From: Thermotogota bacterium | GTDB taxonomy: Bacteria > Thermotogota > Thermotogae > Petrotogales > Kosmotogaceae | DNA: 13,458 bases | Direction of reading: 5' to 3' | Assembly (NCBI GenBank): GCA_034660555.1 | Contig: JAYEJL010000077.1 | Span: 1-13,458 of the forward strand | Shown: positions 8,496 through 13,458 of the stretch, one piece after another | How positions within the stretch are numbered: the first letter of the stretch is position 1 | How the letters are laid out: every line of letters begins with the position of its first letter | The notes under the pieces: generated by a model | What the model saw: the letters and a program-made list of their open reading frames with translations, nothing else | Databases searched by the model: none | Told to the model about the DNA's origin: nothing | Translations under genes and position numbers: made by a program

Positions 8496-9210
8496 ATATC
8501 TAAAGACTGGTTTTGTTTTAATGTTGATAACACTAATTGCAGGACTTGGCCTATCGTTTGTTTATAACCTTGTAAAGGAGCCAATAGCGAATGCAGAACT
8601 GGGGGCAAAATTACAGGCTATCAGAAAGGTGTTAACTGATCCCGGGTCAGGTAAATTACTAGTTGATAAAAACACTATTCCTGAAACCACTGCTGAGTTA
8701 AAAAACTTCGAGTGGGAAGTAAAAAATTTCGAGGCAAAAGATGGAATAATATATGCCTCTGAAGACGGTAAAGGTAAGGTTCAGGATCCTGTATACAAAT
8801 TTTCTACAGATGATAATAGAGAAATTTACGTGCTAACAGGACAGGCTGTAGGTTATGGTGGAGATGTAATCACGGTAGCTGGATTTATTTCCAGCGATGG
8901 TGGTATTAGTTTGAATTCTATTAAAGTAATTGAGTACTCCCAGGAAACTCCCGGTCTTGGGGCTAACATTTCTCAAGAGAATATTCAGGAGCGCTTTTAT
9001 CCTGTTTCAAATCAGGGTTTATCTGAGAATTTAAAGGTTAATAAGGATGCGAATGTGGTTGTTTCGGAGAACGAGATTAAAGAATACAGGAATGAAAGAG
9101 GAATCATTCAGGTGAGTGATGTTATGACCGGTGCAACAATCACACCAAGAGCAGTTACTACATCGCTCAATGCCATGTATGAATTCCTGAAAAAGGCAGG
9201 TGCCGAATAA
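8488..9210 (+). CDS. rnfG: Rnf complex subunit G (FMN-binding)
   Basis: N-terminal TM anchor, GYGGDV, QETPGLG and flavinylation motif TGATIT. GTG start with GAGGTG upstream. Confidence 0.93.
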   Translation: MLEYLKTGFVLMLITLIAGLGLSFVYNLVKEPIANAELGAKLQAIRKVLTDPGSGKLLVDKNTIPETTAELKNFEWEVKNFEAKDGIIYASEDGKGKVQDPVYKFSTDDNREIYVLTGQAVGYGGDVITVAGFISSDGGISLNSIKVIEYSQETPGLGANISQENIQERFYPVSNQGLSENLKVNKDANVVVSENEIKEYRNERGIIQVSDVMTGATITPRAVTTSLNAMYEFLKKAGAE

Positions 9211-9824
9211 TGGCCAGTGGAAATCTTAAGACGCTAACAAAAGGATTCGTATCAGAAAACCCGATCTTTGTTCAAGTACTCGGTATGTGTCCTACTCTTG
9301 CGACCACTACCAGTGCTGTTAACGGCCTTGGAATGGGGATTGCAACTACCAGCGTACTTATCATGTCCAACCTTGTGATTTCCATTATCAGAAAGGTTAT
9401 TCCTGAGAAAGTACGTATACCTTCTTACATTGTTGTAATAGCCTCGTTTGTTACAATTATTGATCTTCTCATGCATGGTTTTGTGTATGATTTGTGGAAA
9501 ACCCTTGGTTTATTTATTCCGCTCATTGTGGTCAATTGTCTAATTCTTGGTAGAGCTGAAAGCTTTGCATCAAAAAACAGAATTGTTCCTTCTTTTCTCG
9601 ATGGTTTAGGCATGGGACTTGGTTTCACAGGAGCCCTGATCCTGCTCGGAATAGTAAGAGAGTTTTTTGGAAATGGAACAATTTTTGGAGTAACGCTTTC
9701 TGAACTTAAGTTATTTGCAATGATATTACCGCCTGGAGCGTACATAGCACTTGGTCTTCTTGCTGGTTTGTTTAATTTTATTGGGATAAAGAAAGCCAAA
9801 ATGAAGAAATCAACAAATAAATGA
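9210..9824 (+). CDS. rnfE: Rnf complex subunit E
   Basis: ENPIFVQVLGMCPTLA, VRIPSYIVVIASFVT, LGLFIPLIVVNCLILGRAE, ILPPGAY. TAATG overlap with rnfG. Confidence 0.95.
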   Translation: MASGNLKTLTKGFVSENPIFVQVLGMCPTLATTTSAVNGLGMGIATTSVLIMSNLVISIIRKVIPEKVRIPSYIVVIASFVTIIDLLMHGFVYDLWKTLGLFIPLIVVNCLILGRAESFASKNRIVPSFLDGLGMGLGFTGALILLGIVREFFGNGTIFGVTLSELKLFAMILPPGAYIALGLLAGLFNFIGIKKAKMKKSTNK

Positions 9825-9838
9825 TGGGAGTGATATAG

Positions 9839-10426
9839 ATGCCTGAAGGAACAAGACTTTTTTTCATATTTCTTTCTGCAATGTTAGTGAATAACTTTGT
9901 TCTTGCTCGATTTTTGGGAATTTGTCCTTTTCTTGGTGTATCTAAAAAGGTAGACACTGCTGTTGGAATGAGCATTGCTGTAATTTTTGTTATGGTAATG
10001 GCTTCTATAATAACCTGGATACTGAATCTATTACTTGTAGCTCTTTCTATTTCCTTTTTAAGAACAGTGGTTTTCATACTTATAATAGCTTCATTGGTAC
10101 AGTTTGTAGAGATATTCCTAAAAAAAATCAGTCCTTCATTGTATGATGCATTGGGCATCTATTTACCACTTATAACAACGAATTGCGCCATATTAGGACT
10201 CGCTCTATTGAATGTTCAGCAGAATTATTCGTTAATAGAAACGATTATTCATTCTTTTGGGGCTGGCTTTGGTTTTGCTCTGGCTTTAATTATTTTTTCA
10301 ACAGTGAGAGAACGCATGGAACTCTACGAAATTCCTGAATCCTTTAAAGGTACAGCGAGTGCCCTTGTTTCAGCGGGCTTACTTTCCATGGCATTCATGG
10401 GATTTCAGGGATTAGTTAAGTTATGA
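9839..10426 (+). CDS. rnfA: Rnf complex subunit A
   Basis: VNNFVLARFLGICPFLGVSKK, FILIIASLVQFVE, LGIYLPLITTNCAILG, SMAFMGFQG. Confidence 0.96.
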   Translation: MPEGTRLFFIFLSAMLVNNFVLARFLGICPFLGVSKKVDTAVGMSIAVIFVMVMASIITWILNLLLVALSISFLRTVVFILIIASLVQFVEIFLKKISPSLYDALGIYLPLITTNCAILGLALLNVQQNYSLIETIIHSFGAGFGFALALIIFSTVRERMELYEIPESFKGTASALVSAGLLSMAFMGFQGLVKL

Positions 10427-10436
10427 GGTGGTCGGA

Positions 10437-11132
10437 TTGATTATTATATATTCAGCAGTAGTATTGGCAGCTTTAGGTTTGATTTCAGGGTCTTTTCTTG
10501 CATTTGCTGCGGAAAAATTTAAAGTAAAGGCAGATCCCAGAGAAAAACTGGTTGAAGCTGCTTTACCGGGTGCAAATTGTGGTGCATGTGGATTCCCGGG
10601 TTGTTCGGCGTTTGCTAAGGCTGTTGTAAAAGGTGAAGCTGATCCTGAAGGATGTATTCCGGGTAAACGTACGGGTACGCCTGAAACTATAAAGAAAATC
10701 ATGAATGCACTGCAGGAAAAAATAGATGAAGTCTGGGAAAATAGTGAAGAAAATCCAGATAAAGCGCTTGAATTACTTGAAGGAGAAGGTTCAAGCAATA
10801 ATAAAAAGAAAAGTAAAGCCCCAACAAAACCGACGAAGGAAGAAAAAGAAAAGTATGAATCTAAGTTAAAAGATAATACTAAGGCCAGTGCTATATATGG
10901 CGTGTTACCAAACATTGATTGTGGATTATGCGGTTGCAAGGGTTGTGCTCACTTTGCCATTGAGATTTCAAAAGGTAATATTGACCCGGAAAAGTGTGTA
11001 CCTGGAAAGCGCCAGAATGTGGCTGAAAACATTGAAAAACTGAAAGAAATGGATGAAAAAGAAATAGAGAAATTACTTGAAGAAACAGAGGGTGATCCAG
11101 GGGAAATAAAGAAGAAAGTGAACGATAAATGA
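10437..11132 (+). CDS. rnfB: Rnf complex subunit B, atypical: TM anchor plus two tandem FeS modules, no ferredoxin-type domain
   Basis: Lies after rnfA. N-terminal TM, KFKVKADPR, LPGANCGACGFPGC..CIPG and a second copy LPNIDCGLCGCKGC..CVPG. TTG 10437 fits the SD GAGGTG (10425-10430) better than GTG 10428. Confidence 0.88.
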   Translation: MIIIYSAVVLAALGLISGSFLAFAAEKFKVKADPREKLVEAALPGANCGACGFPGCSAFAKAVVKGEADPEGCIPGKRTGTPETIKKIMNALQEKIDEVWENSEENPDKALELLEGEGSSNNKKKSKAPTKPTKEEKEKYESKLKDNTKASAIYGVLPNIDCGLCGCKGCAHFAIEISKGNIDPEKCVPGKRQNVAENIEKLKEMDEKEIEKLLEETEGDPGEIKKKVNDK

Positions 11133-12256
11133 AAAATGTTTGTTTAATTGGTTCAACTGGTTCCATAGGGTTACAGACGCTGGAGGTTCTAAAAAGTTAT
11201 AAAGAATATTATGTTAAGGCGTTATCATGTGGATACAACTTAACTTTACTGAAGCAACAGATAAAGAATTACAAACCAGAATATGCTGCTGCATTAAAAG
11301 AAGATCTTTTTATAACAAAGGAATTTCCGGATGTCAATTTTTTCTTTGGTGAAGCCGGTATAGAGGAAATGGTTGAAGCTTGTGGAGCAGATATTGTTGT
11401 AAATGCTTCAAGTGGTAGCTCGGGTTTAAAATACAGTGTCAGAGCTCTGGGTAATGCGAAAAGACTGTGCCTTGCAAATAAAGAAACTATTGTGTGTGGA
11501 GGCGAACTTTTTCAACATTATCTGAAGAAGTACAAAACTGAACTGATTCCAGTTGATAGTGAACACAGCGCCCTTTTTCAGCTCCTTGAAGGTGATGTTG
11601 CACCAGAAAAAATAATAATAACTGCATCCGGTGGTTCACTGAGAGATTATCCTCTTGATAAAATGGATAAAGCTTCTTTAAACGAAGTTTTGAAACATCC
11701 CACATGGATCATGGGTAAGCGCATTACAATAGATAGTGCTACCATGGTTAATAAAGGCCTCGAACTGATTGAAGCTTACCACCTATTTGGTTATGGAAAT
11801 GAAAACATCCTTATATATGTAAACAGAAGTAGTCTCATTCATGCAGGTGTAATCTATCCGGATGGAGTTATGAAGTTTCATGTTGGAGAAAATGATATGA
11901 AGATCCCCATCAGTTATTCTCTATCATATCCAGAAAGAAAGGCACATAGTTATAAAAATATCTTAACCAGTGCTGATTTGAAACTTGAAGAAATTGATTA
12001 TAACAGATATCCTTCATTAAAGCTTGCCAGAGATATCCTGGGTGATTCTGTTAAACAGATCGTTTTCAATGCCTCTGATGAAGTAGCAGTTGAATCCTTT
12101 GAAAAAAAAGAAATAAACTTTAGTGACATTTTTCATGTCATTAGTAATACAATTGACAGTGTAAATACGAGAAAGCCTGAGAGTTTTGAAGATATTATGG
12201 AAATCGACAAAATGTCAAGAATCAAAGCTAATGAAGAGGTGGGAAAGTTTAAATGA
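11129..12256 (+). CDS. dxr: 1-deoxy-D-xylulose 5-phosphate reductoisomerase
   Basis: IGSTGSIG, LANKE, PVDSEHSALFQ, TASGG, HPTWIMGKRITIDSATMVNKGLELIEA, DMKIPISY, NASDEVAV. ATGA overlap with rnfB. Confidence 0.96.
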   Translation: MKNVCLIGSTGSIGLQTLEVLKSYKEYYVKALSCGYNLTLLKQQIKNYKPEYAAALKEDLFITKEFPDVNFFFGEAGIEEMVEACGADIVVNASSGSSGLKYSVRALGNAKRLCLANKETIVCGGELFQHYLKKYKTELIPVDSEHSALFQLLEGDVAPEKIIITASGGSLRDYPLDKMDKASLNEVLKHPTWIMGKRITIDSATMVNKGLELIEAYHLFGYGNENILIYVNRSSLIHAGVIYPDGVMKFHVGENDMKIPISYSLSYPERKAHSYKNILTSADLKLEEIDYNRYPSLKLARDILGDSVKQIVFNASDEVAVESFEKKEINFSDIFHVISNTIDSVNTRKPESFEDIMEIDKMSRIKANEEVGKFK

Positions 12257-13458
12257 CTATTATATATTTTCTTATAATCCTTACCGCAGTTGTATTAATG
12301 CACGAACTTGGACATTACTTATTTGCCAGGCTATTTGGTGTGAGGGTTCTTGAATTTGCCATAGGATTCGGCCCAAAGATATTTTCGAAAAAGGGGAAAA
12401 AAACTGAGTTCAGAATCAATCCTATTCCTTTAGGCGGATATGTAAAAATGGCGGGTGAAAACCCTTATGAAGAAGATAAGCTGGAAGTACCTGAAAATGA
12501 GCTATTTAACAAAAAAAGCGCCTGGAAACGTTTTTTAATATTATTTGCAGGTCCATTGTTTTCGATACTTACAGGTTTTCTTGTATTTGCTCTTGCTGGT
12601 GCTTTTTGGGGCTTCCCTGAAGTAAATATTGAACGTGTTCAAGAAAATTCGCCTGCTTATGAAGAAGGATTGAGAGCCGGGGATCGTATTGTGGCTGCTA
12701 ATAGTAAAACAATAATACAAAATCAGACACTGTCAGATATGATTTCATCAGGTGAAAATGTGAAGCTAGAGATTTTAAGAGATGGTGAAAGAATAACAGT
12801 TAAAGCTGAACCCGAACGTTTTCCAGAAGAGGCATATTTCATTTTAAGTGACTATGAGGGAACAATAGATGGTGAAAAGATAGATAGCATAAATGAAAGA
12901 ACCTTTGAAGGTGATTTCTCTGACTTTGTTGATGTTCTTGAACAGAATAAAGTATTAAATATTACCTTTGAAAATGGCAATTCTATAAGAGGTGTAATAA
13001 ATTCTTCCTCAATTTCTCAGGAAAGGTATGCTCTTGGCTTTTATTATTCAAGTTTTGAACCAATAGCAGATAAAGATTATGGTTCTTTAAAAGAAGGCGA
13101 CAGAATTATCAGGGTTGGTCATATGGATATTAAAGATGGGGTCTCTCTTACTATGCTTGCACAGACAATAGGTCTGGATAAAAGTCAGGTATATTTGCAG
13201 TTTTCGGGTGATGAAACTGAATTTGTCATACCTGGTTTTCCAAGGGATGTAGAAGTTGTTCTTGAAAGGAATGGCGTAGAGCAGAAAATAATTATGTACA
13301 AAAGCGATCTCATAGATTTTTTTGAGCAACCAAATAGTTTTAAATCAGGTTATGAGTATTGGCGACCTCAGAATGCTATAGAAGCAGTTTCTTTAGGATT
13401 TCAATGGGCAACAGAACTTTTATCCAGTATGGTGAAGATAGTTGGTAATCTGTTTACC
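12253..13458 (+). CDS. rseP: RIP metalloprotease RseP (M50, PDZ domains), 3' end outside the window
   Basis: Hand translation from ATG 12253 is open for 402 codons to the window edge: HELGHYLFAR, EFAIGFGPKIF, IPLGGYVKMAGE, WKRFLILFAGPLFS, PDZ signature SPAYEEGLRAGDRIV. ATGA overlap with dxr, the usual neighbour. Missing from the ORF track. Confidence 0.93.
   Translation, partial: MTIIYFLIILTAVVLMHELGHYLFARLFGVRVLEFAIGFGPKIFSKKGKKTEFRINPIPLGGYVKMAGENPYEEDKLEVPENELFNKKSAWKRFLILFAGPLFSILTGFLVFALAGAFWGFPEVNIERVQENSPAYEEGLRAGDRIVAANSKTIIQNQTLSDMISSGENVKLEILRDGERITVKAEPERFPEEAYFILSDYEGTIDGEKIDSINERTFEGDFSDFVDVLEQNKVLNITFENGNSIRGVINSSSISQERYALGFYYSSFEPIADKDYGSLKEGDRIIRVGHMDIKDGVSLTMLAQTIGLDKSQVYLQFSGDETEFVIPGFPRDVEVVLERNGVEQKIIMYKSDLIDFFEQPNSFKSGYEYWRPQNAIEAVSLGFQWATELLSSMVKIVGNLFT

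Noticed and set aside
6223..10426. Alternative call as Na+-translocating Nqr complex
   Set aside because: RnfC carries two ferredoxin-type clusters, an RnfB-type FeS subunit is present, there is no NqrF, and the order CDGEAB is Rnf.
11808..11850. Dxr has VNRSSLIH where many homologues have HPQSxIH
   Set aside because: The main catalytic motifs (LANKE, DSEH, NKGLELIE) are intact; likely lineage-level drift.
1375..13329. The many minus-strand and short alternative-frame ORFs in the track (e.g. 7580-8062, 9425-9799, 10421-10939)
   Set aside because: All lie within well-supported genes, mostly as codon-register antisense shadows, with no independent motifs.

Overview
AT-rich, gene-dense bacterial core-genome window, most likely Thermotogota. 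That assignment is inferred from the glgD-glgC order next to rnfCDGEAB and from Thermotoga-like HolB, RnfB and Dxr sequences. Left to right: the 5' part of holB (minus strand, missing from the ORF track); ndk; a probable operon of a Zn-dependent phospholipase C/P1-nuclease-fold gene, glgD, glgC, a small prepilin-like gene and an exported 5'-nucleotidase, closed by an intrinsic terminator; then a tightly coupled rnfC-D-G-E-A-B-dxr-rseP run that leaves the window. I see no mobile elements, CRISPR arrays, RNA genes or defence systems, and no clearly new multi-gene system. The most unusual items are (1) an RnfB made of two tandem copies of the RnfB N-terminal FeS module with no ferredoxin-type domain, (2) overlap coupling of rnf to the MEP-pathway gene dxr, (3) an orphan ComGG/GspK-like prepilin inside the glycogen operon, and (4) a 121-aa stretch of the exported nucleotidase with no basic residue.
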